A DNA stretch of 64,000 bases from a virus (lineage: Duplodnaviria > Caudoviricetes). The translations under genes and the position numbers were made by a program. This document shows positions 37,215-45,523 of the stretch, piece by piece. The number at the start of each line of letters is the position of its first letter. Within the stretch, counting starts at the first letter, position 1. Where the stretch lies: the IMG/VR virus record IMGVR_UViG_3300037780_000050, positions 1-64,000 of that record. One strand, given 5' to 3'. The notes beneath the pieces are model-generated. The model was not told the DNA's origin and searched no databases. It was given only the letters and a program-made list of their open reading frames with translations.

Positions 37215-37540
37215 TGCCGGTCGATGAGTGGATCCAGGGGGCCGGGGTAGCCTTCGCCGCTGCCGTCGCTCTCATCACGGCAGTGAGACAGTACCGGGCC
37301 GAGAAGCACCGGAACCGGCTGGAGGAGTGGACGGGGCGGGAGTCCATCATCGACGCCCGTATCAACGCCCACCTCGAAAGGCTGGATGAAGAAGTGCGAG
37401 AGCTGCGTGAGCGCAATCAGGAGTTGGAGGAGAAGGTGCAGATCTTGGCCGAACAGCTCGCCGCTGCCGTGAAGTACATCCGCGAGAACGATTTGGATTG
37501 GCCACCCCCAAGGATTCCAGGGACGGGGCCAGTCTCTTAG
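37214..37540 (+). CDS. single-TM coiled-coil protein, lysis-cassette type
   Basis: MPVDEWIQGAGVAFAAAVALI followed by coiled coil. Confidence 0.75.
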   Translation: MPVDEWIQGAGVAFAAAVALITAVRQYRAEKHRNRLEEWTGRESIIDARINAHLERLDEEVRELRERNQELEEKVQILAEQLAAAVKYIRENDLDWPPPRIPGTGPVS

Positions 37541-37564
37541 GTCAGGTACGGTATGAGGCGACGG

Positions 37565-37575
37565 TCTGCCGATGT
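37565..37575 (+). promoter_or_regulatory. candidate late promoter -10 TCTGCCGAT
   Basis: third intergenic copy; lacks the upstream GTTG. Confidence 0.35.
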
Positions 37576-37601
37576 AGTAGGTGTCGCACCGAGGAGGATG
37601 A

Positions 37602-37874
37602 ATGCCCGCCAAGAAGAAGACCGACGAGCCCGAGGTCGAGAAGCCCGAGGTCGAGAAGCCCGAGGTCGAGAAGCCCGAGGCCGAGAAGCCCGAGGCCGAG
37701 AAGCCCGAGGTCGAGAAGCCCGAGGCCGAGGCTTCGACCGCTTCGAGTGGTGATCTTGCCGACCATCCCAAGGCCAAGATGGTGGTCGATGTCGAGCCTG
37801 CTGGAGATGATCCCTACGCAGGCGATCTCTCCAAGAACCCCAAGTCCAAGCCAGGATGGCAGGAGGAATCATGA
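37602..37874 (+). CDS. low-complexity EKPEV-repeat protein
   Basis: GAGGAGG RBS. Confidence 0.75.
   Translation: MPAKKKTDEPEVEKPEVEKPEVEKPEAEKPEAEKPEVEKPEAEASTASSGDLADHPKAKMVVDVEPAGDDPYAGDLSKNPKSKPGWQEES
37626..37730 (+). repeat. 15-bp tandem repeat GAGAAGCCCGAGGYC, six full units plus a partial one
   Basis: seen directly. Confidence 0.9.
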
Positions 37875-38104
37875 TCGGTGAACAGTTCCACGCACTGGCG
37901 ATCGCGGTCATCCGCACGATCGTTCCCGCCATTGTCGGCTGGTTGGTCGTCGCCTTCGGCATCGACCCCGAGTCGTCCGAGGCATTCCTCACCATGCTGA
38001 TCACGGCCGCGTACTACACGGGCGTGCGGCTGCTCGCCGAGTTCATTCCTCAGGCTGGGTGGCTGCTCTTGGTGAACAAGGCGCCCCGCTACGACAAAGG
38101 CTGA
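37871..38104 (+). CDS. holin (actinophage type)
   Basis: IRTIVPAIVGW..AAYYTGVR..P.AGWLL...PRY pattern, 2 TM. Confidence 0.8.
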   Translation: MIGEQFHALAIAVIRTIVPAIVGWLVVAFGIDPESSEAFLTMLITAAYYTGVRLLAEFIPQAGWLLLVNKAPRYDKG

Positions 38105-38108
38105 CTGA

Positions 38109-38453
38109 GTGCTCGATCAAGCACTCGCCGACTTCCGGCAAGACCCCCAGTATCTGGAGGTTGCGCTCAAGTCGGTTCGGTTGACGAAGCGCAAACGTCG
38201 TTCGCTGGTGGTCCGCACCGCGGCTGTTCGCATCACCGAAACAGCCCGGGAGCGGTGCCAGCGAACGGTGTGTGACGTGGCGGGGCCGTGTGGGGTCGGG
38301 GCGTGTCCCTACGCCCAGGGAATGCTCCAGGCCATCAGGCTGGCCCCTACAGAGGGCACAGAGCGCCGTCCCGAGGGGGTGGAGAGTCCCTACCCCACCT
38401 TCGATCTCGACCAGTTGGTCACCGTGTTGCGGGAGATGCTGCCACATACGTAG
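38109..38453 (+). CDS. hypothetical protein
   Basis: ORF with CDVAGPCGVGAC. Confidence 0.6.
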   Translation: MLDQALADFRQDPQYLEVALKSVRLTKRKRRSLVVRTAAVRITETARERCQRTVCDVAGPCGVGACPYAQGMLQAIRLAPTEGTERRPEGVESPYPTFDLDQLVTVLREMLPHT

Positions 38454-38488
38454 TCTGGTGAGAATGTGGTCGAGGCGGTATCAGTGAC

Positions 38489-40102
38489 ATGGATACTGTC
38501 TCCGATCTCCTCAGCGATACCCCCCGACGCGAGGCCGCTGCGTGGCGAGTCCACGAGGCATACGACATCGAGCTTCCCCGACTCGCTCTGTGGAACTACG
38601 AGCCGTGTGGCCGTCACGCTCATGAGGAGCATCCCCGCCCCGACTGCATGATGTGTGGGGTCGAGTTCCGCCGCCACCAGAGGGTGGGGATCTCGTGGCT
38701 GTACCTCAAGCAGCGAGCGCTGCTCGCCGACTCGGTGGGTACGGGCAAGACCATCCACGCAGCAGGTCTGATGGCGTTGCTCATGGAGAAGGGCAAGCTC
38801 CACCGACGCCAGCGTGCGCTGGTGGTCACCCGCCCGGCCGCGCTGGGTCAATGGGAGCGCCAGCTCAAACGCATGGTGCCATCCATGAAGGTCATCGTGT
38901 CCACTGGTGATGCCCGAGACCGCCAGATCCGCTACTCGCTGGATTGGGAGGTCTGTCTCATCGGCTACCAGATGCTCCAGCGAGACATCGACACGGTGAT
39001 GACCTACCCTCTCGACACGCTCATCGTGGACGACGTGGACGCGCTGAGGAACCGGACCAACAAGACCGCCCGCAACCTCAAGCGGGTGGCCTCGGTGTGC
39101 GACTACCGAGTCATCATGACCGGCACCCCGCTCCAGAAGAAGCTCCACGAGATGCACAGCGTCACCGAGCCCATCGGTGGGCGGGAGATCTTCGGCAGCG
39201 AGAAGGCGTTCATGGATCGCTACACGCGCCGGGAACGGCAGATCTACTGGCGAGGGCGGCGCAAGATCGTTACCCAGAAGGTCGTGGGCTACAAGCACGT
39301 GGACGAGTTCAAGGAGAAGATCGCTCCCCTCGCACTGCGCCGCACGGCTGTGGACATCGATGACGTGGACCTTCCCGCCATATCACCCCAGACGGTGTGG
39401 CTGGAGCTGACAGCGCCGCAGCGAGAGGCGTACGACGAGCTTCGGGAGGGAGTGCTGCGCATCCGTCGGGAGACCGGCGACGACGTGAAGCACGCCGCGG
39501 CGCTCGCGCAGATGCTCTACGGCGCCAGGATCTGTTCCGGTATCGGTGCGCTCGATCCCACGCTGGACTCCCCCACCAACAGCTCCAAGATGGAGTGGGT
39601 GATGGACGTGCTCCAGGGTGATCTCTCCGACGAGAAGGTGGTGCTGTTCGCCAACTTCACCGACACCATCAAGTGCCTGCACCGACGCTTCGCCGAGGCG
39701 GGTATCGAGCAAGTCACCATCTGGGGACCAGAGAACAACCGACGAATCCGCGACGAGCGCATCGCCAGATTCTGGGACGACCCTGAGTGCAAGGTGTTGA
39801 TCGGTACGTCGAGCATCGAGCAGTCCCTCAACTTGCAGGTGTCCAGGCATATGATCTGCATGGATACTCTGCTCAACCCCGCGCGCATGGAGCAGTTGGC
39901 GGGGAGGCTCCGGCGTGACGGGAGTCGGTACGGTACGGTGTACGTGCACAACCTTCGGTGCTTGGACACGCAGGAGGAGGGCTACGACAGCCTTCTGGAG
40001 CGCGAGCAGGCATTGATCGATCACGTGTGGGATGAGGAATCGGAGCTGTTCGAGGCACTCACCCCGCTCCAGTTGCTACAGCTCATCGGAGGGCGTCAAT
40101 GA
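38489..40102 (+). CDS. SNF2/SF2-like helicase
   Basis: LADSVGTGKT, IVDDVD, MTGTPLQ, QLAGRLRRDG motifs. Confidence 0.88.
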   Translation: MDTVSDLLSDTPRREAAAWRVHEAYDIELPRLALWNYEPCGRHAHEEHPRPDCMMCGVEFRRHQRVGISWLYLKQRALLADSVGTGKTIHAAGLMALLMEKGKLHRRQRALVVTRPAALGQWERQLKRMVPSMKVIVSTGDARDRQIRYSLDWEVCLIGYQMLQRDIDTVMTYPLDTLIVDDVDALRNRTNKTARNLKRVASVCDYRVIMTGTPLQKKLHEMHSVTEPIGGREIFGSEKAFMDRYTRRERQIYWRGRRKIVTQKVVGYKHVDEFKEKIAPLALRRTAVDIDDVDLPAISPQTVWLELTAPQREAYDELREGVLRIRRETGDDVKHAAALAQMLYGARICSGIGALDPTLDSPTNSSKMEWVMDVLQGDLSDEKVVLFANFTDTIKCLHRRFAEAGIEQVTIWGPENNRRIRDERIARFWDDPECKVLIGTSSIEQSLNLQVSRHMICMDTLLNPARMEQLAGRLRRDGSRYGTVYVHNLRCLDTQEEGYDSLLEREQALIDHVWDEESELFEALTPLQLLQLIGGRQ

Positions 40103-40440
40103 CCGATCTACTGCCAGACGACCAGTGGGATGAGGGCGCGTTCCCTCAGTACCCCGACGGCGCGGTGCGGGTGTCACGAACAGCGCTCAGCGACCCCGAC
40201 ACCTACACACGTCTGGCACTGCTGATCAAGGAGAAGGGTCCGCAGGAGGTGGAGATCAAGTTCACGCCCAGCGGGCGTCCGGTGTGGCTGCCCGAGGGCG
40301 CGGTGTTCACATCGACGCTCGTGCAAGTCAACCGTCAGACGTTCCGTCTCTCTCAGGAGGGGCGCAACCATCCAGTCGACTATTGGTGGGAGGAGGTCGA
40401 ATGGATGAAGGTCGGCTCAGCGCTTCCCAGCGTGATCTGA
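40099..40440 (+). CDS. hypothetical protein
   Basis: ATGA-coupled to the helicase. Confidence 0.65.
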   Translation: MTDLLPDDQWDEGAFPQYPDGAVRVSRTALSDPDTYTRLALLIKEKGPQEVEIKFTPSGRPVWLPEGAVFTSTLVQVNRQTFRLSQEGRNHPVDYWWEEVEWMKVGSALPSVI

Positions 40441-41198
40441 TCACAGAGCACTACAGCTACGCCACCGCGCTGGCTATGCGCCAGCTCTCCCGAGCGCCAT
40501 CTCACGCAGATCGTGAGGAGATCATTTCCTGCGCGTATCTTGGGCTTGTGCAGGCGGTGCAGCGCTGGCCCCACTACTGCGCTGAGAGAGGGTTCTGCGA
40601 GCGTCAGGGCATCGAGCAGGGCTACTTCCGCACCTACATCACCCGACGCATCAACGGCGCGGTGCTCGACCACATGCGGGATCAAGACTGGGTGCGTCGG
40701 TCGAGCAGGAGTCTGCTCAAGCGTCACGGCGGTCCTGGGGTCTCTGACGAGGAGATCGCCGAGCGCAGTGGATCCTCAGTTGCGCAGGTGCGAGCTGCTC
40801 GCGCCGAGGTGGCGCTCAGTCCGATCAGTTTGGATCTGCGCACCGGCTCCGAGGAGGATGCCGGGTGGAGCCCGAGTACTCCCGAGCGTGCCGACATTCT
40901 GACCATGGATGAGGACGACGTGGAGTCGCTGGTCGAGCTGCGCACCGTGTTGGAGGTCTTCTCCAACTGTGTGGACCAGCTCGACCCCATCGAGCAGGCC
41001 GTGTTCATCATGCGGGTGTGGATGCAGATGGACGTGCGAGAGGTCGGTGCCGAGCTGGGCATCCGCCCCGCCCAAGTCAGTGTGATCTACTCGCAGGTGT
41101 GCGAGCAGATCAGTACCGAGGTACTCGCCGAGATGATGGTCACCGGGTTCGAGAAGTCCGGCCGCATCGCCGATCATCTACAAGCCGCAGTCGCATGA
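40401..41198 (+). CDS. RNA polymerase sigma factor, FliA/WhiG (sigma28)-like
   Basis: GLVQAVQRW, FRTYITRRINGAVLDHMRDQDWVRRS (region 2), region 4 HTH; GGAGGAGG RBS. Confidence 0.85.
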   Translation: MDEGRLSASQRDLITEHYSYATALAMRQLSRAPSHADREEIISCAYLGLVQAVQRWPHYCAERGFCERQGIEQGYFRTYITRRINGAVLDHMRDQDWVRRSSRSLLKRHGGPGVSDEEIAERSGSSVAQVRAARAEVALSPISLDLRTGSEEDAGWSPSTPERADILTMDEDDVESLVELRTVLEVFSNCVDQLDPIEQAVFIMRVWMQMDVREVGAELGIRPAQVSVIYSQVCEQISTEVLAEMMVTGFEKSGRIADHLQAAVA

Positions 41199-41347
41199 AC
41201 GGTCCAAGGGCATGTTCCCGTCCCGATTGTCCTGCTACTCCCTATGTTCTAGGTCGGGAGGGGGAGTGGTGTGAGGAGTGTCCCGTGTGTGGTGGCGTCG
41301 TTCTGCGCTTGCAGAGAACAAGCATCAAGCCCCGGGAGGGTTCGTGA
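41195..41347 (+). CDS. small Cys-rich protein
   Basis: CSRPDC..CEECPVC; ATGA overlap. Confidence 0.5.
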   Translation: MNGPRACSRPDCPATPYVLGREGEWCEECPVCGGVVLRLQRTSIKPREGS

Positions 41348-41667
41348 TTCCAGCCAACCAGATGCTCGATGAGCACCGCCGAGAACGACTGATCAAGGAC
41401 TTCACCCTGATCCGTGCGGCCACCGCTGAGCTACAGCGCGACGAGTGGACGAGGACCAAGACCGAGTGGATCAACCGGGTCAGGCTCAAGCTCGATGCCG
41501 TGAACGAGGCCGACGACTCTGATCTGGAGGCAGGGTATCGGGCGTGGATGATGCTCGCTGCCGAGGCAGCAGGTGCCGCAGAGGCGCTGATGGCCGAGTC
41601 CGATGGCGTCGTGAACTTCATCTTCGACGTGCCCGACGCTCAGCGTTTGACCCTACGACAGCTCTGA
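41344..41667 (+). CDS. hypothetical protein
   Basis: GGAGGG RBS, GTG start. Confidence 0.7.
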   Translation: MIPANQMLDEHRRERLIKDFTLIRAATAELQRDEWTRTKTEWINRVRLKLDAVNEADDSDLEAGYRAWMMLAAEAAGAAEALMAESDGVVNFIFDVPDAQRLTLRQL

Positions 41668-41838
41668 TCGCGACCTATCTGGCAAGATTCGGGTCGGGCC
41701 GGTAGCTAACACGAAGTCTTCCGCCATCTGCACCCCCCAGAGAAGACAGGGGAGAGGGCACCAGTAACGATCTGGTGAGAAAACGGCGCAGCCGGTAGGA
41801 AGCCCGAGAAGAAGCTGGTCTGATCAGGAGCGAGTCCG

Positions 41839-42015
41839 ATGGCACGAACGTACCGATCCCGCCCCCACTGGGAGTGGGCCGCGCAGCGGCTGGAGCCGTG
41901 GCAGCGGTGTCGAGATGTGCGGGCGTGCGGGTGCTGCTCGCCGAAGCAGGTGCGCCGCAGGGCGCCACTCCCTGAGCGCATGAAGCCGAGCGACCGCCGC
42001 AGGGCGGCATCATGA
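41839..42015 (+). CDS. small basic protein (MARTYRSRPHW...CGCC)
   Basis: AGGAG RBS; below the ORF-track cutoff; ATGA-coupled. Confidence 0.55.
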   Translation: MARTYRSRPHWEWAAQRLEPWQRCRDVRACGCCSPKQVRRRAPLPERMKPSDRRRAAS

Positions 42016-42176
42016 GCGAGACACCACATCTCAGGCATATCCACGAACTGCCGCCACACCGCATCATCGAGATCGAGCCGTCCCCGGCACGGGGCATCGT
42101 GGTCGGGATGGCGCTGGCTGCGGTCGCCTGGGGCGGGCTCTACGCCCTGGTCCGCCGCCTCGGTGGTGGGTCATGA
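42012..42176 (+). CDS. small membrane protein
   Basis: GIVVGMALAAVAWGGLYALV; ATGA overlaps on both sides. Confidence 0.6.
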   Translation: MSETPHLRHIHELPPHRIIEIEPSPARGIVVGMALAAVAWGGLYALVRRLGGGS

Positions 42177-42436
42177 GCGACCGCACGGTTCACGCATACA
42201 CCGACGAGTGGGAGATCGTCCGCTACGACCGTGCCGGTAAGTGGTACGCCGAATGGGTCGGCATCGAGGCTCATCCGGTGTTCGTTGTCGGAACTGACCA
42301 CCGCACGTTCGTTAACTCTCAAGGCCGAGCGCCGTTGACCGTTTCAACGGCGGCCATGTGCGCCAAACGACTCGAAGCCACAATCAACTATGAGCGTCCC
42401 GGTGGGCGCACGTTCGATCGGCTGGTGGCGTCATGA
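42173..42436 (+). CDS. hypothetical protein
   Basis: ATGA overlaps. Confidence 0.75.
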   Translation: MSDRTVHAYTDEWEIVRYDRAGKWYAEWVGIEAHPVFVVGTDHRTFVNSQGRAPLTVSTAAMCAKRLEATINYERPGGRTFDRLVAS

Positions 42437-42690
42437 CCGACACGCCGCACACCGTCGAAGAACTTTCTGACCGGCTGCGCGACATCGCTCACGCCATGAA
42501 CGACGAGCTGCTGCCGCACAAAGCGTTCACCCTGTTCAAAGCCGCCGACCGCATCGAGGCGCAGGCCAAAGAGATCGCACGCCTCCACTACTTCTTGCGC
42601 GTCATCGACGAAGCCGCCAACGGCATCCGATCGGAGACCGCAATCGCGCTCCGACCCCAACACCTCACCGCCGAGGACGGCACATCATGA
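42433..42690 (+). CDS. AADRIE-family protein, array member 1
   Basis: LSDRLR..AADRIEAQ..EDGTS. Confidence 0.8.
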   Translation: MTDTPHTVEELSDRLRDIAHAMNDELLPHKAFTLFKAADRIEAQAKEIARLHYFLRVIDEAANGIRSETAIALRPQHLTAEDGTS

Positions 42691-42920
42691 GCGACGACTT
42701 GACCGAACGGCTGCGGAACCCGGCTATCGCCACCAACCTCACCCGCCGAGCAGCCGACCGCATCGAGACACAAGACGCCCGCATCGAGGAGTTGGAAGCC
42801 GAGGCCTACCGGCTGAAGGGATGGCTGCGGCTGATCCGTAAGGCCATTTCCTCGCTCGGAGTGTTGCCGACATCGGCACTCGACGGGATCTCAGCCCCGC
42901 CCGAGGACGGTGGGTCATGA
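42687..42920 (+). CDS. MSDDL/AADRIE protein, array member 2
   Basis: MSDDLTERLR..AADRIE..LEAE..EDGGS. Confidence 0.8.
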   Translation: MSDDLTERLRNPAIATNLTRRAADRIETQDARIEELEAEAYRLKGWLRLIRKAISSLGVLPTSALDGISAPPEDGGS

Positions 42921-43165
42921 GCGACGACTTGACCGCACGGTTGCGGGAAGCCTCCCGACTGGCTGGGTTGCGAGGCGATGACAGCAGTGAGCTATGCGAC
43001 GCCGCCGACCGCATCGAGGAGTTGGAAGCCGAGGTGGAGCGCCTACGTACTGGGTTTCTGGGTGTTCTGCATCACGGCACTGGAAAGCCGCCCCGCCAGT
43101 TCACCTGCATGTCAAGCCCGAAAGCGATAGCCGAGTTCATGCTCATGGAGGACGGTGCGTCATGA
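42917..43165 (+). CDS. MSDDL/AADRIE protein, array member 3
   Basis: MSDDLTARLR..AADRIEELEAE..EDGAS. Confidence 0.8.
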   Translation: MSDDLTARLREASRLAGLRGDDSSELCDAADRIEELEAEVERLRTGFLGVLHHGTGKPPRQFTCMSSPKAIAEFMLMEDGAS

Positions 43166-43431
43166 GCGACGACCTGAGATGGCTGCATGAGTGGTGGAGC
43201 AGTTTCACCGATGCCGACAAGTTGGCCTTCGTGCGGACCATCGGGCGCTGGCCGAGTCCTTCCTCGGTCGCTGTGAAGTGGGCAGCCGACCGCATCGAGG
43301 CGCAAGACGCCCGCATCGCCGAGCTGGAGGCCGAGCGGGCTGATTACCGAGGGATGGTCGACCCCGAGGACGGCACGCAGTGCGATGACGACTTGCACCA
43401 CATCAGCGGGCGAGAGGGCGACCCGTCATGA
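43162..43431 (+). CDS. MSDDL/AADRIE protein, array member 4
   Basis: MSDDLRW..AADRIEAQDARIAELEAE..EDG. Confidence 0.8.
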   Translation: MSDDLRWLHEWWSSFTDADKLAFVRTIGRWPSPSSVAVKWAADRIEAQDARIAELEAERADYRGMVDPEDGTQCDDDLHHISGREGDPS

Positions 43432-43543
43432 GTCAGGTGGTTGGCCCGCAGGGCCGATACCTGACGGGTGGAACCAATCCCCGACATGGTGGCGTTCTTG
43501 AGTAGGGTTGCTGCATCGCTACGAGCCGAGATGGAGGCCACAG

Positions 43544-43759
43544 ATGGCGAAGCCGGAGGGCGAGATCACGATCAGCGTGAACATCGAGGGAGTCGAGTCG
43601 GCCATCGCGTCGCTCAACGAAGTCAGGGACATGGTGGGCCAGTTGCGGTCGGAGATCCGAGCGGTGAGCGCCGAGGCGAACACCGCAATCGCCGAAGTGG
43701 CCAAGATGCGGGCTGCGGTGGCCGCGGCCCGAGACGTGCCGGGAGGGGCCAGTGAGTGA
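43544..43759 (+). CDS. coiled-coil hypothetical protein
   Basis: GGAGG RBS; MAKPEGEITISV. Confidence 0.65.
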   Translation: MAKPEGEITISVNIEGVESAIASLNEVRDMVGQLRSEIRAVSAEANTAIAEVAKMRAAVAAARDVPGGASE

Positions 43760-44036
43760 CACCCCGATCACCGAGGATGAGTGGATCCAGTTGCTGGGCG
43801 AAGCCCAGATGGTGGACACCTATGGGTTGTCGAGCCTGTTCGAGGATGATGAGGAGCGGTTCGCTCCCGAGGATGCATCTGATGACGCCGAGCTGAATTG
43901 GCAGCACCTTCCCGACGACACCAGCGACGACGATCCCCCCGTCAAATCGGGGAGCCTGTCGGGTTCGGTGATGGGGCAGTCGGTGATGGGTGATGCCGCT
44001 GACGAGTATCTGGGTGGAGAGGCCGGGCGGCGATGA
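43752..44036 (+). CDS. acidic hypothetical protein
   Basis: overlaps both neighbours. Confidence 0.6.
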   Translation: MSDTPITEDEWIQLLGEAQMVDTYGLSSLFEDDEERFAPEDASDDAELNWQHLPDDTSDDDPPVKSGSLSGSVMGQSVMGDAADEYLGGEAGRR

Positions 44037-44920
44037 GCAGATGGCCGACCAACCCACGTGACGTGTTCAGGGCGCCGAAGTTCAACTGGCGTCGCTACCT
44101 CCAGCTTCATCTGGTCCACAGTGGGGTCAACGTCACCGACCTGCACCCCATCCTGGGGCTTCGGCTCGCCGCGCTGTTCGTGGACTTGACCAACGCCGGG
44201 TTGGCCAGTCTCCAGCCGGGCTACGGCAACTTCCAGATCCTCTCCGGTGTCCGCACTCGCAGCGAGCAGATCTACCTCTACAACCGGATCTGCTTGCAGC
44301 AGGGCCGGTGCGCGTATGTGGCCAACCCCTACATCGCCCGCTCCAGCGGTCCCGACGCCGAGGGCGTGCTGCGCTACGGCTCCAACCACATGGCCCAGCG
44401 CCAGGACGCACGCTGGAGCGAGGCGTGGGGCCGGGACCACTCCCGCAATCCGGTGGAGGTCGGCTACGCCGTGGACTTCCGCAACACCGGGGCGAGTTGG
44501 TCCTCGCTGCACAGCCGACTGGCGCGCTTCGGGTTGGATTGGCCACTCAAGTACGGGGCGGTGGAGGTGTGGCACGTGGAGGCGTTCCCGGACCGTTCCC
44601 CCAGCGACTTGGGGTGGCTGCCCGGACCCTGGCCCCGCCGACCCGGGGTGCACCGCCCGCTCTACGCCGGGCTCCGAGGTGGCGATGTGCGCCGACTCCA
44701 GCGCCAGTTGGGTGTGGACCGCGATGCGGTCTTCGGGCCGGGCACTGCCGAGGCGGTGCGCCGCTGGCAGCGTCAGCTCAACGCCGAGATCATCAAGCGC
44801 CAGCGTCGTAAGCTCGATGTGAATGGGATCTGGGACGCCCGCACGCAGCGGGTGTTCGAGCGTGCCCAGAAGGCTCGGGTGGCTGACGACATCCGCCGTC
44901 GGGTGGTCAAGCGGCTGTGA
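44033..44920 (+). CDS. endolysin: M15-type Zn peptidase plus peptidoglycan-binding domain
   Basis: SGVRTRSEQ, GSNH, AVDF, EVWHV; GGDVRRLQRQL..DAVFGPGTAEAVRRWQ. Confidence 0.88.
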   Translation: MSRWPTNPRDVFRAPKFNWRRYLQLHLVHSGVNVTDLHPILGLRLAALFVDLTNAGLASLQPGYGNFQILSGVRTRSEQIYLYNRICLQQGRCAYVANPYIARSSGPDAEGVLRYGSNHMAQRQDARWSEAWGRDHSRNPVEVGYAVDFRNTGASWSSLHSRLARFGLDWPLKYGAVEVWHVEAFPDRSPSDLGWLPGPWPRRPGVHRPLYAGLRGGDVRRLQRQLGVDRDAVFGPGTAEAVRRWQRQLNAEIIKRQRRKLDVNGIWDARTQRVFERAQKARVADDIRRRVVKRL

Positions 44921-44978
44921 GTTGTGGGCAGGGCGATGTGGTCTGGCCGGGCGATGTGGTGGGGCGAGGAGGAGAACG

Positions 44979-45260
44979 ATGAGCAGGACCAACGGCCGCA
45001 GGCCAGATGCGGCGAAGCGCCAGCGGCGCCAGATCCCCGATGCGGAGCAGAAGCTGGTGGGGGTGTTCCGGTGCGGGAGCTGCCAGCAGATCTTCAATAC
45101 CGATCCGAACCAGACGGTGGGTGATGTGGAGACCGAGCTGGAGGAGGACTTCGGGATCACCATGGCCGAGATGGTCGACCGCGACATCGACACGTGGATT
45201 CTGTGCACGCCGTGCTACAACGCGCTGGCGCCGGAGATCCGAGACGCCAAGCTGATCTAG
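44979..45260 (+). CDS. hypothetical protein with CxxC...CxxC
   Basis: GAGGAGGAG RBS. Confidence 0.75.
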   Translation: MSRTNGRRPDAAKRQRRQIPDAEQKLVGVFRCGSCQQIFNTDPNQTVGDVETELEEDFGITMAEMVDRDIDTWILCTPCYNALAPEIRDAKLI

Positions 45261-45262
45261 CG

Positions 45263-45300
45263 GGGGTGGGAGGTGTTGCCCGCCCAACACCTCCCACCCC
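45263..45300. terminator. 16-bp perfect hairpin
   Basis: GGGGTGGGAGGTGTTG-cccgcc-CAACACCTCCCACCCC. Confidence 0.8.
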
Positions 45301-45337
45301 CGCTATCTCTCACATCACCGAGCCCCAGGAGGGTCTG

Positions 45338-45523
45338 ATGAGCAAGAATCAGAAGCTGTGGCTGGCGGTGCTCGCCGCTGCCACCCTCAGCAGCATCACC
45401 GTGCTCTGGTTGCGGCTGTACGACGTGGTGAGTCCGAACTTCGTCGCTGGGTGGATGCTCTCAGGAGTGGGTCTGGCCGTGGCTGGTTTGCTCGCCGCAA
45501 GCATCATCATGGATGGGTCATGA
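45338..45523 (+). CDS. small 2-TM membrane protein
   Basis: AGGAGGG RBS; hydrophobic. Confidence 0.7.
   Translation: MSKNQKLWLAVLAAATLSSITVLWLRLYDVVSPNFVAGWMLSGVGLAVAGLLAASIIMDGS

Noticed and set aside
37151-37777. Minus-strand ORF with GFSTS/GFSAS repeats
   Set aside because: Reverse reading of the EKPEV tandem repeat, whose plus-strand ORF has the RBS
41694-41810. Resemblance to SRP RNA, tRNA or the c-di-AMP riboswitch
   Set aside because: Only short fragments (GGAAGC, GCTAAC) match; no cloverleaf or full consensus, so kept only as an unclassified candidate
41706-42059. 117-aa minus-strand ORF
   Set aside because: Two short plus-strand ORFs with RBS and ATGA coupling (41839, 42012) explain the region better
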